A stretch of DNA of 64,000 nt. Source: Camelus dromedarius (Eukaryota). The stretch is from the NCBI RefSeq assembly GCF_036321535.1, contig NC_087437.1, positions 84,632,001-84,696,000 on the forward strand, written 5' to 3'. Made by a program: the position numbers and the translations under genes. Numbering within the stretch: position 1 is the stretch's first letter; each line of letters begins with the position of its first letter. Under the pieces are notes generated by a model. That model was not told where the DNA came from and made no database searches. It saw nothing but the letters and a program-made list of their open reading frames with translations. Shown in pieces: positions 41,646 through 54,840 of this stretch.

Positions 41646-42829
41646 TCAAGCACAGTTTTTTACTATGGTGAATCTTAAGCAAGTGAACCCTGCATTATTG
41701 CCTTTTATTCTGTTATTCATGACATACCACAAAAGCACAGCATCCCAAAAGAAATGAGAAAACTAAATCAAACTTGATACAAAACCAATGATCTCATCCA
41801 TGGAGCACTTAATTTTCAAGACAGAAAAGAAATGTTTATAGTTTCTTCTTGCGAATCAGAGACCACTCCCCCACATGAATTCAACTTCAGTCTTTCAAGT
41901 TTAGTGTACATGTGGATATCTAAAATGCTTTGAGTTTAAGTGGTTTTGAGTTCTGTAATGCAAAATTTGAGTGTTGTTCTCAGAGGAAACACTTCCTGGC
42001 AGAGCATCAGGGAAAGAATTTGTGATTGTAGCAGGGAGATCAGAAATTCTCATTGCATTAGGTTTTCATCATTCTATGGGAAGGGCTGTTGTCATTGCTG
42101 TGTCAAAAAGAGGGACAGATCTGTACCCACAGCTTTAGTGAAAACCTAAGATCGACGAGGCTGTATACTTTTAACATAGTAATATGTACTTTTCTTAGGC
42201 ATCGGCTAAAATAGTAATATTGAAACCAATCTTTTTACTCATTTTGTATTCTATCATAGTTAAAATACATAGTACTTTTATTCATTATCACTCAAGTAAA
42301 CATTGACTACTTTCAGTTTTATTGCAGAAGTTGGTAAATATAAATAGGACACCAAGCCATTTTCCCTATCTTCAGAAAAAAGTGTGTGTTCACTACTGGT
42401 TTTTTAAACAGTAAAATACTGTCAGTTGATCAGTTACCAAATAGGACAACATAGATCATGCCATGATGTTCTGTGCTTGATTTCCTGTCTTAGTAATCTG
42501 AGAGAGTCTAAATTGAAAGCACATATTCCAAATGTTTTTACAATGGATGAGAATATGTATGTAAACAAGTATGGTTTCCTTATCATATAGTTTTAATAAG
42601 CAATAATCTTATCCATGTTATGTAGAGAAATACTTTTGGTGACTTAGAATACTACTATTGTTAAAGAGATATATTTAGCATCTCTAGCATGCAGAAAGTT
42701 CTCTTCATATTCTTTCTATTTTACTAGTTTTATAGTTTCCAAGTTTATAGAAGAAATATCCCCAAGGCAAAGAAATCACTTTTATGAATATATTATGCTT
42801 ATTAAACTTAAAGTATCTAATAGAGCACA

Positions 42830-42915
42830 TCAGATATATTTGTGTATATGTGAGACTGGGACATTGTGCTGTACACCAGAAAGTGACACATTGTAATGGT
42901 ACTTCAATTAAAAAC
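42830..42915 (+). mobile_element. Short L1 3' end
   Basis: GACTGGGACATTGTGCTGTACACCAGAAAGTGACACATTGTAA...ACTTCAATTAAAA. Confidence 0.75.
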
Positions 42916-43179
42916 AAAGAGCACACAAATATACTATGAACATTTTAATAACAATATTGAGAAATAGTCTTTAAAAATGTCACAGACTTGAGGAGTGTCT
43001 AAGCAGAGAAAGATAGGAAAAGGGTGTTGTTATCTGTTTGCACCAGGCTTCTGGAACCCTTCAGAAGAGTGAGGCTTGAGCCATTGTTTTGAGGAGGAAT
43101 GGCTGAGGTCCAGCGTCTAATAAATCAAGGGCTTACGTTCTTTTGGTTCTCTGGCTATGATCCAGCTGAAGTAATTATC

Positions 43180-43290
43180 CCTTCCCACCCTCTTCCCCTC
43201 AGTAACCATAAGTTTGTTTTCTACATCTGTGAGTCTGTTTCTGTTTTATAATAAGTTCTGGCTTACTTCACTTCAAATGACATTTTTTCA
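43180..43290 (-). mobile_element. L1 3'UTR fragment
   Basis: GTAACCATAAGTTTGTTTTCTACATCTGTGAGTCTGTTTCTGTTTT matches the L1 3'UTR at ~31405. Confidence 0.75.
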
Positions 43291-45919
43291 AGTATGACTC
43301 TACAATTTAAGGAAAGTGACTTTGTTCATTCAAGATGTCTTTTGGGGGTTTTACATTAATAGTTTGGTACATTACATTATTTGATTTTTGCATTCTTTGT
43401 ATAAACTTTACTTGGTCACAGTATATTTTCTGTATGTATAAAGTTGCAACCAATTTGCTAATATTAAAAGTATATATATATTGTTGTGGGTTCATGATAA
43501 GATTAGCTCATTTAGAAACTTAACCTCAGGGAATATGCTGGCAGGGACCCACCAGAGTGATCTTCCTCAAGATTTTTTTTTAATATATTTTCCTTATGTT
43601 GGAAAAGCTGACTTCTCTTCCAAGACTCAGATCTTGATCAATACCTCTTCTATTTTTGTGTAAATTGTCTCTCCAAATCCAATCCTCTTTATCTAATCTA
43701 TCCACACACATCTCTACTCTTCCTTTCTGGCTTCCCCAGTCCTAGTCCTAAAACAGTAATTTCCCTAGGTGAAAGTAGTCTTAAGTCTTGGTACCAGAAA
43801 CACATTCAAACTAAGGAACAATCTATGAACTAATGTACATGAAAAACTCAGCTTTGAAAATCTGTTGCCTGGTAATGTTTCTAAAATGTGTTTAGAGACC
43901 TAATTTATTTCTTTGTATTGAAGACCATTATTTGAGCAGAGGGTTGAGGAAGGGCACATAGGACAGCAGGGAAAAGTTAAAAATTGTTATTTATCATGAG
44001 GGTAAGCCTTGGTAAAAGTAATCAGTACTTAATCAAAATTATTCTGAAACTTCACATTAAATTTGGATAATCTGTCAATAAAAGTTTTCAGTACTATTGT
44101 TGGTGTCTTATTCTCACCCCTACCCCCTTTCAGATAACTTTAATGGAAAGCTAGAACTGGCTGCATTGAGGATTGATAAGCAGTTCATAATAGGAAATGA
44201 TACAGAAAGTTAATGAAAATGTTGATAATGCTTATACTATAGATCCCTTCTAAAAGTAGCAAACATACTTATTTCTTATCTAACTTTGCAGAAACCTCTG
44301 TCTACATTGGGACTGTCATCTCATCATTTATTTTTTATTTTAAAACAAATTGAGAATAACCTCTATTATATGCATTGATGTTAAGGTTTATAACAGGAAG
44401 TACTTTATATGGCTATTAGGTGATGAATAATTGAAAAAGGAAAATGAGTTTGTTACTGCTCACTTGTGAAAATCTGTGTAGAAAGCTTAATTCATCACCT
44501 TTAACCCCAAGTTATATTTGTTATTTGCAATATCTATTTTGTAAGGATTCACAGGTTCTTGGAATCTTTAAGCACATCTTTCAGAGGAGGGGCATTATAC
44601 AACCTACTAAAAAGAGCCACTCCTTACCTAGAGGATAAAGACTAATCTCTTTGTCACATTGCAGTAGGATTATATCTTGTTTCTTTGTGTGGGGTTCTAC
44701 TTCCCTTTGTTTTCTCTCTCACTTTCATCCAGAGAAATATTTTCTTGAAAGAAAGAAAATACGAACTCCTAGAGCCTATCAAACTGAGTGCGAGAATAGT
44801 AAATTTTTCAGTAAGGTCGTTTCCCCATTTTGGGAGTGGCAATGAGATAGTCCTTGGAAAAGTGGGTAAGAGAAACCAAAGCAGCCCTTAGAAACAATTG
44901 GGAGGGGGAGAATAAGGGCAAGGGGATCAGTTTCAGAAGGCTAAGGGCGTCAAATGGACGGAACTAAGAGGATGACTTATTTCTGAGTTTTGCCTGCACT
45001 TTGTTGCACCAACTCATTGTTTTTTAAAAACCAATTTGTTCAGAATCTTGGATAATCATAACTTGTACTGTCGAAACAAGTTTAGGGTTTTTGATTAACT
45101 TGTGTATATATGAGTGCATGATACAAATTGAAAATCGTGACAATATAAGATGTTACTATTTGAGTAGCACCGTAAGTATATATTGAGTCATAAAATTTTA
45201 GAAGAAATAAGGCCTCGGGAGATATCTTACATCATTTCAAACAGGGTAAGCTTTATTTCATTTGCATAAATATTATCATAACTATGTTTAAATATATTCC
45301 TTTATAATACTGATCTTTATAAATTTTGGTGTTTTCCTAACTTTTATTTTTGTTTAAAATTTATCTGGAGATGATGCATGAAAGTAAATGTTAATGTATC
45401 TAGGATGGTCTTTGTGAATATTAAGTTAAAATATTTATGAGTTTGTTATCACTAGTTCTCAGTTTTTCATTGTTTCATATCTAAAGCAAAGCCTGGTTGG
45501 CTCATGTAACAAGGTGTCTCCAAAATTTATAAAGGATGGACTTTTTAGTCAATGATGCCTTTACTGTGGAGTTTACTCCACTAAGCCCATCTTTACTCAA
45601 GTTAGGGATAGAGGTGGAGTGTAGGGGACGAAGGATATGGGTGGGTGAATGAAAGACATGTAGTTGGATGTATGAACTCAGCTCCTGTCAAGGAGTGCAA
45701 AGAGTCAAATGGCCCATTCTTTGTTTGGATACTGTGGGAGAACCAGTGCCACAGGGAATCCTATATAAGCCTCCTGCATGGTCAAAGGCAGCATTTCTGA
45801 AAGGAAGAGAAGGATTGAGTCTGAACTTCAAAGTCTTCCCATTCCCAGGTGATTTAGAAAGTCTTCAGGAATTCCCATAGGCCATATGGGGGCAGTGAGT
45901 AAATGTCTAGGAAGCCTAC

Positions 45920-46200
45920 CATAAGAATTTCTGTGGCAAATGACAAAGTGATGCTGCCACAGATGTGATGGGGTAGGGATAAGCCAGATGGAGCATGCAG
46001 GTGAGATTTATGAACAGTCTACAGCACCAAGCATGATTGACCCAATTCAGCCAGGAAAGGAAACTGAGCACTGACCAGAAAGAAACCAAAACAGTGTGCG
46101 CGCACACACACACGCACACACACGCACACACTCACACTTACTCACTCACTCTCATTCACTCACTCACACAGAGAGTCTCCAAGTCTTATAGCTTTTAAAA
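45920..46200 (-). promoter_or_regulatory. Candidate promoter/first exon of an unidentified minus-strand transcript
   Basis: Minus strand reads TTTTAAAAGCTATAAG, then a (TGAG)n/(TG)n tract, then unique sequence ending ATG|GTAGGC (donor GT at 45919-45918). Lies in a TE-poor region. Motif evidence only. Confidence 0.3.
46095..46170. repeat. Compound (CA)n/(CTCA)n microsatellite
   Basis: Direct read. Confidence 0.9.
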
Positions 46201-47292
46201 TGCCTGGGAAGGACTAGGAAGGATTCAGAGGAACTAAAACACAAATCGTGCTAATAACCACAGATCACAAGAGATCATTGTTGACCTGCCTTTTCATCCA
46301 ATATATTCAGAAGCAGTAACATCAGAAGAAAGAGGCATTATGAGACCATGAATTTGCCCAAGTGTGACTGAGTGACTTGGAAGATATTGTTTTAACTGGA
46401 AATAGTGATTGTTGTAAAGTAGCAAGCATGGCAGGAGAAAGGAAGTCAGTATCATTTATCTATAGAGAGTAAACAAGTTATATTTTCTTTGCAAATTTGA
46501 GTATGACATATCTAAATTGAGACCCATTTCATTACCATAGTGTGAAGTAATTGCAGTCACTTTGAATGCAGGTATAGACAATGCTCACAGAAAAGGGTGG
46601 AATGGGAGCAAGCAGAAGCACAAAAGACATGAATACTTAAAGGTCTTTTTGTGTGTGTAAAGAAATTAGAAATTGCTGGGAGCTCACAAAGCTATGGCAT
46701 TTTGCTTATCCAGAGATTCCACCAGAACAGATGAGAAACAAGAATATGCTCCTCCTCTTATGACTCCCTTCTACCCTCCACCAACCATCACCATAGGTAA
46801 ATCTATTCAGTGATTAAAATGCATGTTTCTGAGTTGAGTACCATCCTTTCTGGAAGATCACTGATGACAATATTCAGCTTTTGGCTCGCTTAACAGAAAA
46901 TGCTAAGTTCAGATTGTTTTTGTTTTTGTTTCTTTTTCCCCAAGTTAACACAGTTTAAAACGAATCAATTATAGCTGGTGAACAGGGACTCAGTCAACAG
47001 GAAACATCATGGACTTTTTGACAGTAAAAGTAAATACAGATAAAACACTTTATTTCAGTAAAACATTCAGTAATAATTTTGCATTTTAAGAAGTTTTTTT
47101 TATAAGAAAAGCAGAAATTTAGAAGAAAGATGTAGATATGTCCTCATCCAACAGAGGTAAATTTTGTCTAAAAAAGGTGAAAATTTCTGTTACCAGCAAA
47201 TGGAAAGTGTTAAAAAATCTTTAACCTCTCATATAAATCCTATAGTCAGTTTGTTTTGATGTTGCCATAAAATATTGGCATATATGCTCAGT

Positions 47293-47438
47293 GAAAGAGA
47301 GAGGTTGGAGAGAGACAGGAAGAGGAGAGAGAGAGAGAGAGAAGGAGACAAAGGCAGGAAGACAGAGAGAAGGAGAGAAAGAAAGAGTAAGAAAGGGAGA
47401 GAGAAGGAGGGGACGGAGAGAGAGAGAGAGTGAGAAGG
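47293..47438. repeat. GA-rich polypurine low-complexity tract
   Basis: About 145 bp almost entirely G/A. Confidence 0.9.
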
Positions 47439-48404
47439 GTTTTTTTTAAACTCTAATTTCCCACATTTCGTTTGCAGCTAGAAGTTAATTGTGATCAGAA
47501 ATTTGTTGGTGTACACTGTTATTAAAATATCTGTAAATGGTCAAAATATATCTTTATCAACATAAAACTTAAATTGTGTGGTAATCTATGCTATGTTTTC
47601 TATTGAACTTTTTATGCAAGTACAAGAGGCAATGATTTATTTAAATTAAAAAAAATCTGAATTAAAAATATCTGACCATCCTGTAAAAGTGAGAAATATA
47701 GCCCCTCAATAGCCTATGCTGCTTACAAGATTTCATTTATTTAAAAATTAACAGTACAATTGTGTTACAAAAATTAGCCAGATGAATTTAGATTTGTAAA
47801 GGGTGCATTAGGGAGAAACAAAACTGAGAGAAAATTCACTAGAAAATTACATTGTGAAGGATTGTTAATGTTCCTTATTATTAGGATTAGTAGGCAATTG
47901 ATGAAATCTTCAATAAAATCTTAGTCTAAAGACTTTAGGGGGTTGATTTATAGTATAAAACTCCATCCCCACATCTATATTTCCCTATCTAATTTACATA
48001 ACAAATTAATGGTTTGGGGATTGAATGATTTTAAACCCCCAGTTCTTGAATTTGATTCTAGGAACTACATAGAGTTTACAAATAGCATAAAATATTACAT
48101 ATTCTATTTATTTACAATGACTCCTGTAATGAAAAAAGAATCTGAATTTTTTTTAATCATCAGCTTTCTAGCAAGCAATTGCTGTGTTGCTAGATAGGAA
48201 AAGGAATTTTCTTCATTGCAATTTAAGTTGTTAAATTTAGTTATTATTTGTTAGAGAAAAAAAAAGTATGAGTAGTTCTCCTAGTAAAATTATAGTCTTA
48301 TCCTTTTGAGAATTCTAAAAAAATTACTTTCACTATTAAAGAGTACACTGTAAAACTATACTGGAAGTGTGATACTTATAAAAAGTGTTCTCAGAAGAAG
48401 AAAG

Positions 48405-48928
48405 TTTTTGGGAGTCTAAGCTTGTACAGCTCACTGCAAACAAGCCAATAAATTGAGAGACCAGTTGTTGAGGCAAGGAATAGCAACTTTATTTGAAAAG
48501 CCACAAGACCAAAAAGATGGTGGATTAATGCGCCAAAGAACCATTTTGCCCAGGTTTGGATGCTAGTTTCTCTTATAAAACAAAGAGGAGGAGGTGAGGA
48601 GTTTTAAAAAAAAAAAAGGAGGGGGGATAAGTTGTTGCAAATATTTCCTGGTTCCAGCCAGACTTTGGAGGGTAGGGGATGTGTTCATTTCTCCTTTCCT
48701 GTAGCCATTTATAGGTAGGCCTGGTCAGGGTGATTCCTGAGAGCTAAACAAAGGTGTTTTAGCTTAATACTCAGGCATGGGAGGCAGGGTTCCCTGAGAT
48801 GGGCCAATATGTATACTTAAAGCTTCAGGCAACATCCCTTAAGTGATCAACTTGTAGCAAAATTGAGAGAATACAAACGGGAAAAACACAGATCCAGTAT
48901 GGAGCCATACTTGTTCTTCCCTGATACA
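48405..48928 (-). mobile_element. ERV1-type solo LTR
   Basis: About 520 bp GC-richer block with minus-strand AATAAA (CTTTATTT ~48487), ending TTCCCTGATACA. TSD not resolved. Confidence 0.7.
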
Positions 48929-49149
48929 CAAATAGCTCACGGTGGTTTGACAGTATTCAGAAGGAAAATGTAAGGAACAGTTCTCTTTAGACTTATTTCA
49001 CAGATTTAAAAATTATGATTTTCACATAATCATATTATGTTCTTAATATTCAATACAGTTGAAAAAATTTGGTAAGATTCTATAAAGCCAGCATTCATCA
49101 GTTCAATTCAGTCAAACAAATGGTAGCTTATTTCAATCAATGTATTTTC

Positions 49150-49371
49150 TCGGTTTTTTTTTCACTTTTTTTTTATTGAAATATAGTCAGTTTACAATGT
49201 TCTGTCAATTTCTGGTGTACAGCACAATGCTTCAGTCATACATGAACATACATATATTCGTTTTCATATTCTTTTTCACTGTAAGCTACCTCAAGATATC
49301 AAATATAGTTCCCTGTGCTATACAGTATAAACCTGTTTATCTATTTTATGTATACCAGTCAGTATCTGCAA
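49150..49371 (-). mobile_element. Short L1 3' end with 17-bp TSD
   Basis: TCAATCAATGTATTTTC (49133-49149) versus TCAATCAGTGTATCTTC (49372-49388), 2 mismatches. Confidence 0.9.
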
Positions 49372-50589
49372 TCAATCAGTGTATCTTCAAGTTATTGTGT
49401 GTGATGTTTTTTAGATTGCATATTTTGATTTGTATTATTTTATTAAGCATCATGCTCAATATTCTAAAAAATGTATAATTTGCTCAAAATTGTTGTCTAC
49501 CTGAAACATAAAAGAAGACATGAAGAAGTACCATAAATTCCAAATTTAAGAATAATGCTTAAAAAAAATAATGCTTTATATAATGGTTTTAACTAAAAAG
49601 TTAAGAATGGGTTTTAGAATTAGAATCTTGCTCGTTTGTAACACCTAATGAAAAAGTGGGTGTAGGCAATGGTCCTCACTGGCTACTAACATCACTCTTA
49701 AAGAAAGAGACAACTGAAATCATGTAGTTTCTAAAAAAAAAAAAGCACCTCCCTAAATACTGTGAAGTGTCTAGATTGTTGTCCGGTAGAAATGTAATCC
49801 CAGACACATTCTAATTTAAAATAGTTACTGACCACCTTTTAAAAGTAAAAAGGAACCAATGAACTTTAATTGTTAAAGACTACCTTCAACAATTGAAAAC
49901 CACCTTCAGCAAGATGAAGTCCCTCATACTCGTTGTGTATGTGTGAAATCATATACAAGGTAACTGATAGAGCAATCTGTTAAAAGTAAGATTGATTGAT
50001 TTAATTTCAGCTTTATTGAGGCATAGAAGATTGTAAGATAAAGAGTACATCGTGGTGATCTGATATACATAACATAACATTGTGAAAAGATTCTTTTCGT
50101 CTAGTTAGAAATACCTAGGATTTGAAGTGCAAGTCTTGAAAAGATGTCCCTACTGGAGATCACATTTCAAAAGCGAGGCAATTTCCTTTGGCAATAAAAT
50201 AAGCAAAATAGAAAACGTATGGTAATGCTAGACAAAAAAAGACAATAAAAACACTGGAAGATACACAGCTTCTCCCCGTACTAACCAAAACAAACAAACA
50301 AACAAATAAATCCACTGAAGAAACAATTTTACTGTACTGACAGAAGATAATAATGTTAGCTAGGAATTTTGCAGACCTCTCTTATTCCACAGTGTAAACA
50401 AAAGAAAATCAAATATGTTTATAAAAAATTACTTATCTTAAAAAATAAGAAAATGATAATCAACATATTTTAAATCATGAAATTCATCAGAAACAAACCA
50501 CAAAGCAGAACACAATGTCGTATATGAAAGATCTAAAACAGAGTAATTTTAAAAGGCTAAAAACAAAGACATGTGCAAAGTTTTAATAT

Positions 50590-51160
50590 TGTGATCCATA
50601 ATCTAAAAATGTATATTTGGTTATTCAGATGACCAAAATATATTTCTCATATATACTTGGTCTTTGTCTATGGTTCCTGACTCACAGCTCCGCAAAGCCT
50701 TGAATTTCTTAAGTGCTGAGAGTGACAAAAGTGTCTCTTGTTATATAATGGGGGTGACTTTCGGACCCTACTTAAGGATGGGAGCTGGTTGGCTGGAGAA
50801 CCAACCATGTGATTAGAGGGTTGGAACTTTCAGTCTCACTCACTGACCTCTAGGCCATACCTTGCCCTATGCATCTTTTATCTTGCTTCACCTGAGTTAT
50901 ATCCTTTTGTAATAAATCAGTAATCTAGTAAGTAATATGTTTCCCTGAGTTCTGTGAGCTGTTTTAGCAAACTAATTGAATGCAAGGAGCAGGGGTCTTT
51001 GGAAATTTCAATTTGCAGCTGATCAAACACAGGTAACCTGGCCTTTGGATTTGCAGTTGAAGTGGAAGGTGGTCTTGTGGGACTGAGAACTTTACCTGTG
51101 GAATCTGATTCTATCTATGGGTAGATAGTGGCAAAATTGAGTTGACTATTTAGACACTTA
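50590..51160 (+). mobile_element. MER21-like LTR
   Basis: TTGGTCTTTGTC..GGTTCCTGAC.CACAGCTCC, ACCAACCATGTGATTAGAGGGTTGGAACTTTCAG, GTAGATAGTG.CAAAATTGAGTTG motifs. Confidence 0.8.
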
Positions 51161-54100
51161 ACGTGATAAATCTCCAACCATATCTAAAATTGATAATTAA
51201 GCTTTAGCATAGATTGTTACTTTCCCAAATTCACACAACTAAGTGATGGTAAAATCTGATTTTGATTCTTAGCATCTGGCTTGAAATCTTGTGCCCTAAA
51301 CCACTAATGCAGCTTTATAGGTACTGTTAGATAGATGCAAATTGTATTGAGACTGTAGAACAAAACTACTGCATAAAAAAAAACATAATACGTAATTTTC
51401 TATAATTCTTGAAGCACTTTGCCTCATTAGGTAAACAATTTTACCTATTACATTGTATGATAAAGACTCTACGTAGAGTCTATTTTAGCTTTTAAAAAAA
51501 TTACTGGTTGATGTTAAGTTTTAAACATGTGCCCTTCCTTAGATTGTGTCTGTAAGGTTTTGGAACACCTGGCTAATTCAGTAAAATAGCTCAAAGAAAT
51601 TTAAGCTGTGTTGGTATACACACAAACACACTACTGTTACACTGATGGAAGATTTTCAATTTTCAGATAATTGTAATGTGTGGATGTAGTGTCTTGTCAC
51701 TCTGCCTTTAGGTTTAGTGATATTGCCACAAAGAATTTAAAATCTGTAGAATTATCTTGCCAGTATCCTATTCCTTAGCATCTTAATATTCATCAAGGTG
51801 TTCCAGTTTCTGTTCCTCCCTCATCCCATAGGATGAAAATGAAACAGCTGTTGCCAATTCATAGCATATGGGCTTATCTTTTTCATTACAATGTATTTCC
51901 ATCTGGGTACATTGGAAGTTCTTACAATAAAGTGTTTTTCTTTATAATCCAAATATCTGGTATATAAAAAGACCTACTAAAAGAGATGCATAATTTGTTA
52001 GCTGCATTTCCTTACACTGTTCTGGATTTTATAAATATCTAAAAATATATAGTAACTACAGCTATGTTTTAGCTTGATGTTTTAAGAAAGAAAAATTAAT
52101 TACATATTTAACATGGGAAAGCCATATGTTTGATAGCTGATTTTGGCATCAAAAGGAATTCCTTTGATATCAATGATTGCTTTGTGGAGGTTTGGGAAAA
52201 CCTGCACAAAAAGATTGACAAAGAAAAATCAATGATAAACCCTTCACGATGAAAGAATTTTTCTTCAATTTTACTTTGTCAAAAACATCTTTAGCAATGT
52301 TATAGTGGCAAAGCTTTTCTTTTTTTTAGATGATCAATATATTTTTATAATTAATCTGCTTATTTTAGATTCTCTTTAAATGTGAAATCTAAATCTAATA
52401 TACTCTGTTAAATTTTCAGTCACTCGAGTTTAGTAAATTATTAGTGAATTCTATCTTAGTGATTTATTACCTTTCATGGCTGTGCAAAAAATTGTTTGAC
52501 ATAACCAAACAAATGATAGCATAATCTACTACTCATATATTCTTTCAAATTGAAGTAATAAATATTATTATTATTTAATAAATATTTGGTAAATTAGTAT
52601 TATCTGACACCAAAGCAGAGCTTCATGAGTGCAAGCCTATTTGTTTACTGCCATAACCTAAAATCTAGAATAAACATGGCATACTTCAAGAACATAAGTA
52701 TTTGTTGCACAATTTGGACGAATAGCAGGAATACAATTAAGAAAAATCAGATCTTGATTGGCAAATAACAAGCATTTCTTTCTTTAATATTGACAATATT
52801 TTGCCATTCTTTAAGTTAAATAAAGGACCTCTTAATGTATATTTTTATCAAGTGTGAAATTTAGAATTTATTATTACGAATCTTTAAAATGCCAAGACAT
52901 TTAAAATGAGTATTTAGATAATTCTAATTAACATGATGCATTTTGAATAATACAATATTCTGGAAATATTTTGTGTGTGCATTCGATTATTCATTTTACT
53001 CAGGAAACTATCATTTCTGATGTAGTAAACTGAAAAAAAAAGGAACAGTAATTTGAGTCTTAGCATTCAGAAGATGAGAAAAAAGAATGAGAATATTTCC
53101 AGATAAAAATAAGTTGTCAATGGAAAAAATATAATTTTTTTTTATGAGCAAGCAAAGCTGTAGAAGAAGAAAATTACACCCAAACTGCCCTAACAAGAAC
53201 AACAAAATAGCCTACCTTTTCCTAATTTTAAAGTGAACTGTAATCAAGAGCTTGTAAGACAAACACTACTACTGAATAGACATTGAATTCCTGGAAAAGG
53301 AAAGCACAGCAGTTCAAAATGTGAGCATGTGGGACAGCAACCACCAATGCAAGAGGCAGGAGATGCATTTCTTGGAAAGCTAAGATGCTCTGGCCTGAGA
53401 GGAAAACAAGAAAAACCCCTGAAGTCTTCTACATCAGCCATAAAATGGAAGGATGCAACAATGAGTGTAGCTGAGATGAACAGCTTCTAAAAATGGAGAT
53501 TAGTAAGGAATTAAAAACATGTCATACAATCTGCATAGTCACTGCATAGTTTCATACTATTTTCTGTAATGTCTCTTTATTTTAGTATAACCTATTGACA
53601 AGAATTTTTGCTACTGTAGTTATTTCAAGAAGAAATGGTGTAAGATTAAGATTTGAAACTAATGACTTGGTTGGAGAAACATGTAAAAATGCAAATATAC
53701 AGACATTAAATAATTGCTACCTATTTTTAAACTGAAGTTCTACTTTAGTAATTATATTAATTAATACTATTATGCTAAGTAATGTTACCAAGTAATTATG
53801 TTATACTAAGCATTATAAATGTGTTTATATATATATAAACCAAGCATTTATATGTTTTTGTCTATGACTGTAAACATTTTTTCATTTTCCAAGCTTAGAG
53901 AAACAGGCTGTGTATATTGTAGATACATATTTTTAATCAAATTCAAGCTTCTTCTTAAATATACATTTGTGAGAGACAAAAAAGAAAAAAAGCTCAAATA
54001 CAGGAATGTGACTGGATATGAAGGTCAAAATTTACCCATCAGAATCCATTCTGTTGGATGTTCAGTATGTTGGACATGCTTATTAGGTTTGCCAGTTGTT

Positions 54101-54329
54101 CAAAAATATAGACTTCTCATTAAACTTGTCGTTATTTCCATCTCGTTCCCAAACTTGCCAAATCACAAATTGAAAGAAAATGAATAAAAATATAAACTGA
54201 GAGAGTGAAGAGCACTAGAGGAGGCTTCACTGAACAGGAGATATCAACATGATCTTCAAGATGGAAAAAATGAGGAGAAATGACTGATCTAGCAGCATGG
54301 AATAATTTAAAATTGATCTGGTCTGCTAG

Positions 54330-54840
54330 CTACAACTATGTGGGCACCTAACACTCATGTTCATTTAAATGGCTTTGAATATCACTCAAATTAAAGCAAA
54401 AAGCCTTAACAGAGCCTAACCTGCATAATCTTCTTCCCATTACATCTCTGACCACGTTGCCAACCATCTCCCATGCATTGACTTTACTCTAGCAAATAAG
54501 GTTCCATGTAGTTCCCAGAAACATCAGTCAGACCTCTGCCTCAAATGCTTACACTCATTAGTCTCTCTGACAGGAATGATCTTAGAGCATCACTGCGGCT
54601 AGCCAAGTCACTTTCATATGCCTTCTCTTTACTCAAAAGTCACATCTCAGTGGCGGTCTGTGTGGCCACCCCCTCTAAATCCTCAAGCGTACCTCCATCC
54701 CATATCATCCTTGTATGCTTTGTTTTGTCTTCTTAGCAATTATCATTGACTAGTATAATATTCATTTTATTTATTTCTCATATTTATTATAAATTTCCCC
54801 TGTTACAATGAAGACTACGTTAGGGGAACTTTATGATTCC
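54330..54840 (-). mobile_element. L2 fragment, degraded
   Basis: L2 3'-like motifs such as AAAGCAAAAAGCCTTAAC, CAGACCTCTGCCTCA, AAAAGTCACATCTCAGTG. Confidence 0.55.
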
